From assembly GCF_009914755.1 (NCBI RefSeq), contig NC_060925.1: a DNA stretch of 64,000 nucleotides; one strand, 5' to 3'. Positions 50,358-62,298 of this stretch are shown piece after piece. The number at the start of each line of letters is the position of its first letter. Position 1 is the first letter of the stretch. The DNA comes from the human T2T-CHM13v2.0 reference genome, Homo sapiens. The notes beneath the pieces are model-generated. The model did no database searches, was not told the origin of the DNA, and saw only the letters and a program-made list of their open reading frames with translations. A program made the translations under genes and the position numbers.

Positions 50358-51699
50358 ACCCATACTTATGCTTGAAAATTCAACGTAAATATTATATGTT
50401 TTTCTAAAGGAATTCCTGACTAGCCCAAATCTGACACATGGTAGCCATTGACTCATTTGTATAATGGCTATATCCACTTACTTTTTTATATTCAAACCCC
50501 ATGTATATAATTCCTATAACCATCCTTTGTATAACATGTTCTCTCAACCACTTATTTTCTTCGACACTTTTGTCTTTTGAAAAACTAATTTTCTTTGTTT
50601 CTTTGATTGTGACACTCATAATTAAAGACACCCTAACAGAAGGCTTTCTAATACCATAAGATTCTTTACCTGAGTCTATTCATTTTTTTTTCCAGTCTAT
50701 CAATCGGCCTTCCATGTTGTAAATTCCTTAGTCTTGGGGTTCATGGTGGAGGCCTTTTTAGAACGAATGGAGATCAAGTTGGTTCAGTATGTAGATGTCC
50801 CAGAATGGTATCGTTGCAAAAGGCATGACAGAAAACATAAGAATAAAGATGAAAAGAGACTTCACAAGATTTAGTGAAGAACTAATGTTCTAGAAATCAT
50901 GGGAAGACTCTGGTCCTAATGTTGACACTGACCCACCAGATGACTCTGGGCACACAGAATAATTGCTCTGCTTCTCAATTCTCCAATTGACAAAACACAG
51001 GGATTAGAATAGGGAGTTAATAATGCTTCTGTAATCTGAAATTCTTTTACTCTAATTGTTAAATTGCCCAAGTTAAATTATTTGCATGAGGGGAGGAAAA
51101 AATCTTTAAAAATAATAATTGTCATGAATTCTATAAAAATTAAATAATTTTAAATGGATAAATCCTACTTCAGCAAGTAAATCTGTGAGTATGTGAGAGA
51201 ATAATATTGATAAAAAACATTAAGCTGACTGTCAAAATATTAGAGACATGGGCAGAAAATATAAAGACTTCAAAATATATGTTATATAGTTAAATATCTG
51301 GCAGATTTATAAAGCTTTGTAAAAATCAGCTATAGAAATTGCATTTTAAAGTGTAACAGTGAACAGTTTTAACAATGGAAAAAGGCTCTGTACTAGCACT
51401 AACACCAATTAGAAAATAAAGCATTCTGGTTTTAATTAATGGATGTTTTCATGGTGTCTAATAAAAATACAATTTTAAGGACTTGAACAATTTAATCTGA
51501 GAAAATATTGTGTATTTAAAGCAAGTGTATTTTTTAAATAAGCAAACATGTTTACATTCATCAATTATAGTAAAACAAAAGCTCAAGAAATCCCAGAGCA
51601 TATAATTTCATGAACCGAGAATAAAATGAGCTCTGGACTTACGACAAAATCTGCCCCTGAATGATCTTCAGAACTCTGTTCATTTTATGCAGTAGTTTA

Positions 51700-52253
51700 A
51701 GTTTTCTTCTGTCTTGGCCCAACTTACAAACAGCAGAAATCTGAGTTGTGGGAATATAATTTATGAACAGAAAAGATTACTTGTCTGTGAATTATTTTCT
51801 GAAGATGAAAGTAAATATACAGGAACATACGGTATTCCTTTAAAAGTTGCCAGATCATAATTGTGTGGCAAGGCAGTTATCAGAAATTAATCCCTCTATT
51901 GAGAGCAATTGAAGACACTATTCTAATGTAGGCCCTTTTGAGGAGGCAGCATGAACAGAAGAAAACTCGCAGCAAAGGCTTGAGGGGGGAATGAATCCAA
52001 TCCAGCCTGAAAAAATCTGCACCAGGTTTGAAAAATCACCCCATCCTCCCGTGTAAGTGATGCTAAGAAGCACAAACTGCATTTTGAATCTAAGTCCCTG
52101 TATTTTCTGTGAAGGAGCTGTAAGTAGGGTGGGACAGAGATGGCACCTGGGGGTTCTGAGGCACCCGCTCCTCTCTGAGACAGACAGGGATCAGGAGCCG
52201 GACTGGGACCAGACCACCAGCAACACACCAGAGGATGTTCTCTAAATAAGACC
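51700..52253 (+). promoter_or_regulatory. CRB1: CRB1 proximal promoter and 5'UTR (TSS roughly 52040-52120)
   Basis: Repeat-free sequence directly upstream of the CRB1 ATG; CRX/OTX2-type TAATCC at 51888-51893 and reverse TAATCT near 51775. The TSS position is inferred, not visible in the sequence. Confidence 0.7.
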
Positions 52254-52323
52254 ATGGCACTTAAGAACATTAACTACCTTCTCATCTTCTACCTCAGTTT
52301 CTCACTGCTTATCTACATAAAAA
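52254..52323 (+). CDS. CRB1: CRB1 coding exon 1 (signal peptide; 70 nt, phase-1 donor); remaining exons lie beyond the window
   Basis: accATGG Kozak; translates MALKNINYLLIFYLSFSLLIYIK+A, matching the human CRB1 N-terminus; donor AAA|GTAAGC at 52324. Confidence 0.97.
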
Positions 52324-54175
52324 GTAAGCCTTTCCCACTTTGGGCATTTTTCCTGGTTTATTTCTGGCTTATTATATTTCTTACAAATAATGGATAATGT
52401 TGCATGTTCTATAAAATACAATGCTAAAAAAGGAAGTTTTTATTTGTTTTTTTTTTAAGTGTCCTGTGTTAAAGAAATCAGTGATACCAGTCAATGTGAA
52501 CAGTCAGTTTTAAGATTCTATGATTTCCAATAGGTATTCAGGTACAGAAATTTTGTTTTTAACCTTTGTAGTAGTGAGCTGGAGAATGAAATGGTCACAT
52601 AGACTAGAAGATATTTTGTTGTGTTTACGCTTTTACAAAATAGATTTGGCCCTTACTAATTGATATCCTTTAAAAGGAAGTTATTCATAACCTGTATTTC
52701 ATTTTATTCCCACATACTATATATTTATCTTCACTTTTAAATAACTCTGTGTTGCAACATTTGCTCTCATAATTAAGGGGATAGTCTCAATGTTTCCCAG
52801 AGGATAATGGTTCAAAGTGTTTCTTTCACCAGAGAAATGGGCTTTTACTGTTATGTGTTTCTGTTTTATAAATGAAGATATTATTTTCCACAAACTTCCC
52901 CAAATAGAAGCAAGAGCAATGTTTCTGAGATAATCTTGTCGGTTCTATAGCAGGATGGAAAATCAGAGGAGACCAAATTGCCCCAGCTGTGTGTTTATGA
53001 AGCACAGTAGCTATTCAACACGTTTAAAACGAAGACAGGGAGAGTGTGTGCTTGTCAAAGGGGCCATGTGATTTGTGTCTGTTGAATCTGAATATCAATA
53101 AGGCAAAGCGTAGAGCAGCTGCCGTTGAACAAGACAACTTGGCATTAGCACACAGTGTTGGATAATCTGGGTCACCTTCTGTGGCTGCACCAGTGAGATT
53201 GTTACTTGTACGGTTTACAGTTGAACATATATTAGAGACTGAGTGAAGAAATAAGTAAATGCTGTGGGTAGGTAGCTGATGGCACATATAGAAAAACCAA
53301 GTCAAACTTTAAACAAATGATCAGTATAATACTTGACTGCAACGCACACTCACAAAAGATTTTTTTTCATATATATTTACTAAAGAGTTGTTATTTAAAT
53401 AGTTATTTACCCTCCTTGAAACTTAATGTGGGCCCCAGGCAATGAGGAATGAGGAAGAGAAGTGCTGTGTTTAGTTGTGCAGGTAGGAGAAGAAAGGGAG
53501 AAAAAGAAATAAGTCATAAAATGAATGTGAAGTGAGTTTATGGTGCATTTTATGGCAAACAGCTTTGTCATTCAATGTAATATATATGGAAATTCCTGGA
53601 GTTTGCTGCAGTTTGTTTTAAAGGAAATGAATGTATGATATCTTTAATTAAAAGTATAGTAACTATGAATTGATAAATATATATCATTTGTTTTTGCTCT
53701 CTTTGAGTAAGTGATTTTATTGATAGATTCTAAATACTTTGTAATTATTTTATTTGTTCTCCAGCATAGTATTTTTATTCGTTTAAAAAAGTACATTTGA
53801 AGTCTCATTTTCTTCGATTTTTAAGCAGGTAGACTTTTGTCTGTGTTGATATATTTATTGGCAAGATATAATCATATTGCTTTCCCAATCAAAACACGTA
53901 GTTTAGACCTTGTTAGCTGAGTTTTTTTCCCACCTGACTTTAAAACAATCTAGCATCAGCCTTCCTTTCTACCCTTATTACCTAGTATTCTTGACACAAA
54001 TTCTGTGTTCCAGACAAGTGAATAACATAATATCTAGCAGTAAAAATTGCTAACATTGTGTTAAGCATTTTCTATATCATATATGTCATTTACTTCTTGC
54101 AACAACCCTATAAGATAGATACTATCATAGTAATTCACATTTTATAGAAGATGAAACAAAGATTCAAGTCACTAT

Positions 54176-54330
54176 ACCAGTGTACCTCAAACTTTGAGGC
54201 ACCTCAGGGAGCTGGAATGCCTGGTTAAAATGTGCAGCCTCTCAAGTCTAGCCCCAGGTACTTAGTAGATCCTAGGAAACTATAATTTAATTAGCTCTTC
54301 ATTTCAAATACAGGTAACCAGAAGCTCTGA
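54176..54330. mobile_element. MER5A-like DNA transposon
   Basis: ccagtgtacctcaaacttt...ggttaaaatg...cccagg. Confidence 0.55.
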
Positions 54331-54479
54331 GCTATACAATAAATCTTTATTAAGAACCTACTACATAATGATGCTAGGAATCATCAGAATAGTTAAATAT
54401 AAACATATCTCTCTCTTCAATGAGATTATTTAGGAGAAAAGATAAACACTATGAGCTTTATAACTGTTGTCACTCTTAT

Positions 54480-54650
54480 ATACATAATAACCCTGTCAAG
54501 TAGAATTTATTATTAATTCCATTTTGCAGCTGAAGAAACTGAGGCACATAGAGGTTTATTAATTTGTCCAAGGCCATACTACTAGTGAATGGTAGATCTG
54601 GAATGTGAACCTGGAGATCTGGCTCTGGAGTGTGGGCTCTTAGCTTGCAT
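54480..54650 (-). mobile_element. MIR (MIRb-like)
   Basis: ccattttgcagctgaagaaactgaggcacatagagg...tgtccaaggccatac. Confidence 0.85.
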
Positions 54651-54759
54651 GTAGTTATTCCCATGAAGTGATAATGCATAAGGACTTTAAGTGATAATGC
54701 TTAAGCAGACTTTATTATGTTCTGCTTGGAACATAATAGCAAACAAAGAAATGTCCATT

Positions 54760-55055
54760 ATCCAGGTATGGTGGCTCAAGCCTGTAGTCCCAGCACTTTG
54801 AGAGGCTGAAATGAGTTCACTTAAGCCTAGTTCAAGACCAGCCTGGGCAACATAACAAGACCTCATTTCTACACACAAAAATATAAAAAATTAATGGGGC
54901 ATCGTGGTATGTGCCTGTAGTCTCAGCTACTCAGGAGGCTGAGGTGGGAGGATCGCTTGAGACTGGAAGGTCGAGACTGCTGTGAGCCATGATCCTGCCA
55001 CTGCACTCCAGCCTGGTAAAAAGGGCTACACCCTGTCTCAAGAAATAAAAAGAAA
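54760..55055 (+). mobile_element. AluJ
   Basis: gggaggatcgcttgag and gcctgggcaacata; degenerate TSD aaagaaat..c..tta. Confidence 0.9.
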
Positions 55056-56382
55056 GGGAGAAAGAAATTTCAGTTATTAATATCATATTAATTGAAGGAA
55101 TCAATGATTCTTTCTTCGAACTTTGAAATATGTTCCCTTAAATTTAAGAGAAAATAATCACCTCCAGCTCCATACTGTATTTTGTATCTAAAGTTCTACC
55201 TTGCTCAGCTACCAGGGGAACGCTGTTTATGTTTTGATCAACCTTTATGTCCTTCCAGTTGAGGACATGTGACATGAGGAATATTAGAGCAGAGTTCAGG
55301 AAGTGACATTCCCTTTCTGTTCCTGAGCAGGTAGACATTCTCCTAACTTGGAGTTGCAATGAATTTGTCCTGATTGTTTTTATACCTGTTCCTTGATTTT
55401 GCAAAACTGGTTCTAATGTGTGGGACCAATTAAATTTTAATAATTCAAGAAGAGCTATTATTTTTTGCTTCTGATGTATTAAAAGAGAAACTTATTAGAG
55501 TGAGACTCTCCTGTGATCCATTATTCAGAGACTGTTTTAAATAATAACAGTACTTTATAATAAACTCTTTTTGGGACCTTGATGTATGAATCTGTTCTGA
55601 AGGGTTTTAAAGAAACAACCATACCATGAATTAGAAAAGTAATGTCTATCTCTCTAGTCCTTTATAAATTTGGGGGTAAACAATATTTTCAATGTAAATG
55701 CCACATCGAGATTAATTTAAAAGTAACTGTTTTAATCTACGTTTAAAGTATGATCACAACATGTAAAAAAAATGTGGTTTGACAAAACTACTTTAGAGTT
55801 ACCAGAACAATGTTAAAGAGTTTGGGGTAGCATCCAGTCTTCCAAAAACCATTAGCAATTATTAAGTAATTGATTTGAATGGCATTATTTTAAAAAGTAC
55901 TTTCTAAAGTACTAAAAGAATGAAGAACAAATAGAGATTAAATAAGAAATAATTGAATTTGCTTAATATGTCAGAGAAGGCTGATGTTATTCATTAGGGA
56001 GTAATCACATACTCTTAAAATTCTACATGTGTAGAAACATTGAAAACTTTGATCGTTACTGTGCAAGTTAATATCCTTGCAGTGGCATTTTGTAAAGTGC
56101 CTACCTAATTATTAGTGTGAGAAAAAGGTATCTTTTTGCTTCCTCATAAATGAAATAATCTCATCAGTTTACAGTAAAATCATCACTACTCCATGAAAGT
56201 TACCCAGGGTTTCCTACATTACATAGCAGAGTTAACTGTGGCTTCTTTTATTAGATACTTCTCTTAGCAAAATTTTCTGGAGAATTGCATGCTTTTTTTT
56301 CATCATTGGTGATTTTCAAAAATTATCATTCATGGTCTCACAATAACAAATACTGGAATTCAAGTGGACAAGAAAAGTTAGA

Positions 56383-58671
56383 GTGAGTGTTTAAGCAAAC
56401 CGTGCTACATCTATATAATGGAATATTACTCAGTAATAAAAAGAAATGAACTATCAAGTCACAAAAGCACATGGAGGGAGCTTAAATAAATATTGCTGTG
56501 TGAAAGAAGCTCGTCCAGAAAGGCTACATATTGTATGATTCCAATTTTATAGCATCCTGTAAAAGACAAAATTATAGAGACATGGAATGATCAGTGGCTG
56601 CCAGAGAATCAAGGGTGTAGAGAAGAGGCACAGGGGACTTTTAGAATAGTAATTATTCTGCATAATACTTTAATGGTGCATTTGTCAAAATGTACAGAAT
56701 TTTACAGTACAAAGAGTCAATCTAATTGCATGCAAATTTATAAAATCATTTAGGAAATCAAGGAAATCCCAGGAAGTAATTCAGACTCTGACTCAACAAT
56801 CTAACTGCATTACAAATGTATGAGATAATCTCACAGAAGGGGTTGGGGAAAAACTGTTCACCTAAGTAGTTTATGTACATTTCCTTAGATATTACCTGAC
56901 ATGCTTTCCCTGTTCTAGTATCCCATCCAAGATATCACAGTACATTTTGCTGTCTTGTATTTTGAGGTTCCTCTTGGCTGTGACAGTTCCTCAGGCTTTC
57001 CTTGTTTTTGATGACCTTGAAGGTTTTGAGTTCTGGCCAGGTATTTTATAGATTCTCCCAATATTGGAGTTAGTTTTGTGTTTTCCTCATGGTGAAACTG
57101 GAGTTATGGGCTATTGGAATGAAGACCACAAAGGCAAAGGGTTATCCTCATTACATCATATCTATAATATTATCAATGATTTATACAATCAACATGATAT
57201 GTGACTGCTGATATTGACCTTACTCACCTGGGAGGTGGTGTTATCAGGTTTCCCTGATAACTATAAAGTTATGTCTTTTATTCTTCTCCATACTGTACTC
57301 TTAGAAAAGGAAGTCACTGTGTGTAACCCACACTTAAGAAGTTTGGAGTTATGATCTCTCTCCTGGAGGGAAAAATTTACATAAATTATTCGAAATTCTT
57401 CTGCATAGGAGATCTGGCTCTTCTCTTTCATTTATTTATTTATTCAATTGTTTATTCATATCAGTATGAATCTATTGACATTTATTTTATACTCTGGGTT
57501 ATAAGTCAATACTATTTTATTTTGTTACTCAAATTATTCCATCTTTGGCCTGTGGGAGTTCTTTTCAGTTGGCTCCTATTTTCTTTTCACGTACTCCCCA
57601 TCAATGTGGGGTGCTTTTTAAAAAAGGATTTTCTTCCTTTATGGCTCTACAATCCCTTTCAGACTGATCTTGTGTATTTCCTGACCCAATCCTAGCATAA
57701 ATCACCATTTCTCCAAGGAGCTCTGTTTCCTTTTATTAGAGAATGGTAACCAAAACCAAGATCTGGATGTGAGGTGTGCTTGTTGCTGCTGGGGTGTCAG
57801 GTCTTTTAGGCAATCTCAGCTGAAAGAGCACAGAAATATGTCTGTGTACTAGTCCGTGTATATACATGTTTCTATAGATATCTCTATATGTAAATCTGTG
57901 TCTGTCTGTATTAAGCTAAATATGAGTTCATATTGATGCCTCTAACTCCATTTCCACATGGATCATTCTAGCTGTCTCCCCTTGCTTATCTGTAAATTTC
58001 AACAGTGAGAAACCTGATTTCCACTATCTGCCATTTATTCACTTGTTTAAATTCAGTATACATATATAGCGGTATTGGACTGTTAACCCATACTCCTATG
58101 GGAAACAACTTTAACTGTTTAGGTACAGTACTTATAGCTGTTTCATTTTGTTTTTAGTTTTTCAGAATCCACTTGTTTCCAAAACTACTTAGGTGAACAG
58201 TTCTCCCCCAACCCCTTCTGTGAGATTATTTCATACATTTGTAATGCAGTTAGATTGTTGTGTCAAAGTCTGAATTACTTCCTGGGATTTCTTTGATGTC
58301 CTAAATGATTTTATAAATTTGCATGCAATTGGATTGACTCTTTGTACTGTAAAATTCTGTACATTTTGACAAATGCACCATTAAAGTATTATGCAGAATA
58401 ATTACTATTCTAAAAGTCCCCTGTGCCTCTTCTCTACACCCTTGATTCTCTGGAAGCCACTGATCATTCTATGTCTCTATAGTTTTGTCTTTTATAGGAT
58501 GCTATAAAATTGGAATCATACAATATGTAGCCTTTCTGGACGAGCTTCTTTCACACAGCAATATTTATTTAAGCTTCCTCCATGTGCTTTTGTGACTTGA
58601 TAGTTCATTTCTTTTTATTACTGAAAAATATTCCATTATATAGATGTAGCACGGTTTGCTTAAACACTCAC
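56383..58671. repeat. 490-bp inverted repeat (arms 56383-56872 and 58182-58671; 1309-bp spacer)
   Basis: Manual alignment of the left arm to the reverse complement of the right arm: 15 mismatches in 490 nt, no indels. Confidence 0.97.
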
Positions 58672-58710
58672 CTACTGAAGGACAACTTTGTTACTTTCAG
58701 TTTGGGGCTA
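56873..58710 (-). mobile_element. Ancient L1MC (L1MC2/3-like) 3' region
   Basis: ctcttggctgtgacagtt...ccttgtttttgatgaccttga; tggaatcatacaatatgtagcctttc. Confidence 0.8.
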
Positions 58711-59148
58711 TTAGTTCCTAGGGCTACTGTAACAAAGTACTACAAACTGGGTGGCTTAAAGCAACATAAATGTATTCTCTCATAGCTCTGGAGGCTAGAA
58801 GTCTGAAATCAAAGGTAAGAAGCCCCTTGCTTCCACTGAGACTCCACTTGGAATCCTTACCTGCCTTTTCCTGGCTTCTAGTGGTGTCATTCAGTCCCGG
58901 GTGTTTCTTAGCTTGCAACTGCATCACTCCAGTCTCTGCTACTATCACATGATATTCTCACTTTATCTGTCTACCTCTCTTCTATTCTTCTTATAAGGAC
59001 GTCAGTCATATTGGAGTAGATTCACCCTAATGACCCCATGTTAACTTGATTACATCTGCAAAAACCCTATTTACAAATAAGGGCACATTCACAGGTACTG
59101 AGGGTTAGGACTCTGACATACCTTGGGGACACAATTCAACCTATAACA
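58709..59148 (-). mobile_element. MLT1B/C-like LTR
   Basis: ctagggctactgtaacaaagtactacaaactgggtggcttaaa...acaattcaacctataaca. Confidence 0.85.
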
Positions 59149-60024
59149 TCTACTATGAATAAAACTCTGATATATGATTTAAAAAACACTTGGTTAATAC
59201 CACTTTTATTGGGTAAAATTGGTTTACAATTGATTTTTTAAACATAGTAAGTGCTTGGTAAATATTTGTGGAGTAAATAGTTGTTATGTTTCAAGAGACA
59301 TTATATCGATATCCTTGTATTAACATGTGGTAGAAGAAAGATTATGCTAAACAATGTGCCCATATTGTTCTCTTATTTTCCCCCTCTTTACACTGTCCCT
59401 ACCTTTTACATATTCAGCCTTTCACTTTGAATTAAGTGTTCAGAAATTTCCTCCTATGTAAATTTGCCCTATGAAATTAACTTAGAGTCTGATCAATATG
59501 TAAAATAGCACTAGAATTAGGTGTAAACATGCCTCCATATTTCCTCGGGACAAATAGTTTAGCTGTCTTCCATATGTGAATGTTCAATTTTTTAACCTAC
59601 TTTTTTTCACAAACTGCATTCATTACTTGGGGCACCAAAAGATTACTTTCCTTTATTATTGATTCAAAACAGTGATTGCAAGTTATTTTACTGTGCATGT
59701 GTTATTTGTTGTGCTTATTAATAAAATGTCATCTTTTATTTTATGTACATATTTTTGACTTAACAATAAACAGTAAAATTTCTGAAAGGAAGAAGGTACT
59801 CAGTCATCTAGTATTAGATCCTATTGGTTGCTATGGTTAGCACCCTTTATCAGTCATCTAGTGTCCTTCCTAGTTTAATAAAAAGTAGTGATTCCTTCAA
59901 AGTTTCGTTGCAACATGCTAAGTAGATTGTCCTATATTTCCTAGTTTTTATCTTCAGAAAAGTTTTATTAAAAGCAAAACCAAAGGCAGTGTACTTTTAA
60001 TAATAACACTATGGGATTCAGTCA

Positions 60025-60069
60025 TGCTGTATCCCATACTGCTGTATCCCATACTGCTGTATCCCGTAC
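60025..60069 (+). repeat. 15-bp tandem triplication
   Basis: tgctgtatcccatac x2 + tgctgtatcccgtac. Confidence 0.95.
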
Positions 60070-60229
60070 ATGTAGGAATTAGCATGACTATTTGGAGTTG
60101 AATGGTTTGACGGGACCAAAAATTTTACTGGTTTTAGAGGCAACCAATGTAAAGTTAGTTGTCCCTAGCCTTAAGATAGGATAATTAATAAATATTAAAA
60201 TTTACTATTTATTCCATAATTTTTTTATT

Positions 60230-60620
60230 TACTTATTTATCCAATAAGTATTTATTGAGGGCCGTAAATCTATATATCTGACACTGTTCTAGGCTCCAAG
60301 GGTACAGTAGTGAATAGAAGAGACCACAATCCTTGATATTGTGAAATTTACACTTTAGTGGGGTAAGAGAGACAAAAACCAAATAAATAAGTAAATTATG
60401 TAATTGTGAGCTGGCAAAAAGTGCTATAGAAGAAAGCAAAAGATGAGTAACAGAGAGCAGCTGGACCATGAGGATATCACAGTGAATAATATTTTGATAA
60501 AGAAAATAGCAAGTGCAAAGACCCTGAAGCAGGAGCGTGCCTATAGTGTTTGAGATACTGTAAGTTGTCCAACATAACTGAAGTGGATTGAGTAAAACAG
60601 GGCAAATTAGGAAAGGTGTC
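60230..60620 (-). mobile_element. L2 3' fragment
   Basis: aataagtatttattgag...gacactgttctagg...gcaagtgcaaagaccctgaagcaggag. Confidence 0.85.
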
Positions 60621-60849
60621 AGGGGTTTTACAATAAGTATCTCTCATTCTTGCAATCATACTACATAGTAGCTATTAAGACCATTAGGACACCTTAAGCA
60701 AATGACAGCCTAGGGTACATACTAAAAACACAGCTACAAGGGGATACAACTGAGATTTAAAACAAGTTTGTCAGATTCTAAACCTCCCACAAGCTCACAC
60801 CAGCTTATTTATTCCAAAAGATAAACATTGAGGAATTTAAAAGGCCAGT

Positions 60850-60935
60850 TATTAAAGCGTTGGTGGCTTAAAATCAGCCACGGTGGAAGTAATTTCATCA
60901 CAGAATTTGGCAAACACTACAAATCAGGGTTTGGG
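60850..60935. mobile_element. MER63-like DNA transposon fragment
   Basis: aaaatcagccacggtgg...ttggcaaacactacaaatcaggg. Confidence 0.6.
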
Positions 60936-61918
60936 AAGATTTATTTTTTTAAAAAAAGTTAGTCCTAAATAATAAAAGTTTTCATTCTACCTTTAAAATT
61001 TTTTCAGGGTAAAATGTTTATAGTTTCAACCACTATCCCATTCTTGTGACTAAAATCTGCCAAAGCAGGAATGGCTGATATGTAACCTAGATTAACCGCA
61101 TTGTGTAGTCTTTTTGGTTCTCCACGTAATTGTCCTGATAATTCCCAGATGGATGACTCTTTTCTCTACATTCAGAATTCTTGGAACCTTTAAATACTTA
61201 TTTTACTTTCTGCAAATTAGTGAGAGCAGAGTGCTAATGAGGCTGAGTTTACGGTTCAATCTCAACACAATTCAGTTTGCTTTGCACAGAGACCAGCTCT
61301 GTACAACAAGCAATTATGTCTAGTCAGATGGTCTCAAATTTGTAGTTTTTAATACAAGGAGAGAAAATGAAATTAACTCAACAAATTAAGCAACACCATT
61401 GAAATAATCAGTTGCGGGTTTGCAGCAATAACTTTTTCACATAGGTGATGCATTATTATTATTGTGTTTCTGTCTATAATTTTCATTATCTATTCTTTTA
61501 ATATAGCTGAAGAATAAATATTTATATTCAGCATTAATTTTTATATGAGTTGTGTCAGTAAATACAGATTCTGGCTCTGGCCCACAATTAGTTGTGTATC
61601 TATAAATGCATCATTTAAACTTTCTAGGTCTCCAATTTCTCACTTGTAAAATGAGGGGGTTATATTATCTAATTACCACGTTTTTTCAAGGCCTACATTT
61701 TATGATTTCATGATTATTCTAGGTAATCGAATCATAGACATTGATGAGCAGAGTGTTTTTAGTGACCAGTCACTCTACATGATCCAGCTTCCACTAGGTT
61801 ATATTGCAACAAAAAACAAACCCAACATCTTAGTGTTAAAACAACAAGGTGTATATCTTGTTCCCACCACGTACTGTGTGCAAGTTGGCTGCAGCTCTGC
61901 CTCGTTTGTATTCTTCAT

Positions 61919-62298
61919 TGCTATAGTGAATGTTTGTCCCCTCTCCCCAAATGAACATATGTATATTGAAGCCCTAATCTCCAAAGTGGCGGTTTTAGGG
62001 GGTGGGGCCTTTGGTAGGGGATTAGGTCACTAGGGTGGAGGCCTCACACATGGGATTAGTGCCCTTGTAAAAGAGACCTCCAAGAAATTCCTTACTCCTT
62101 CCACCATGTGAGGACATATGGAGAAGATGGCCCTCTACCTATGAACCAGAAGTTGGCCCTGGACAGACCCCATATCTACTGGTGCTTTGACCTAGGACTT
62201 TCCAGTCTCCAAAACAAGAACAACAACAAAAATTCTCTTGTTTATAAAGCCACTTAGTCTATGATAGTTTGTTTTGGCAGCCTAAACAGATTAAGACA
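61919..62298 (+). mobile_element. MLT1A-like LTR inserted in an older antisense MaLR LTR
   Basis: Starts tgcta, ends taagaca; perfect 5-bp TSD ttcat at 61914-61918 and 62299-62303. Confidence 0.85.

Noticed and set aside
51923-52270. 115-aa antisense ORF across the CRB1 start
   Set aside because: No recognisable domain; explained by locally higher GC, with no sequence evidence for an antisense transcript
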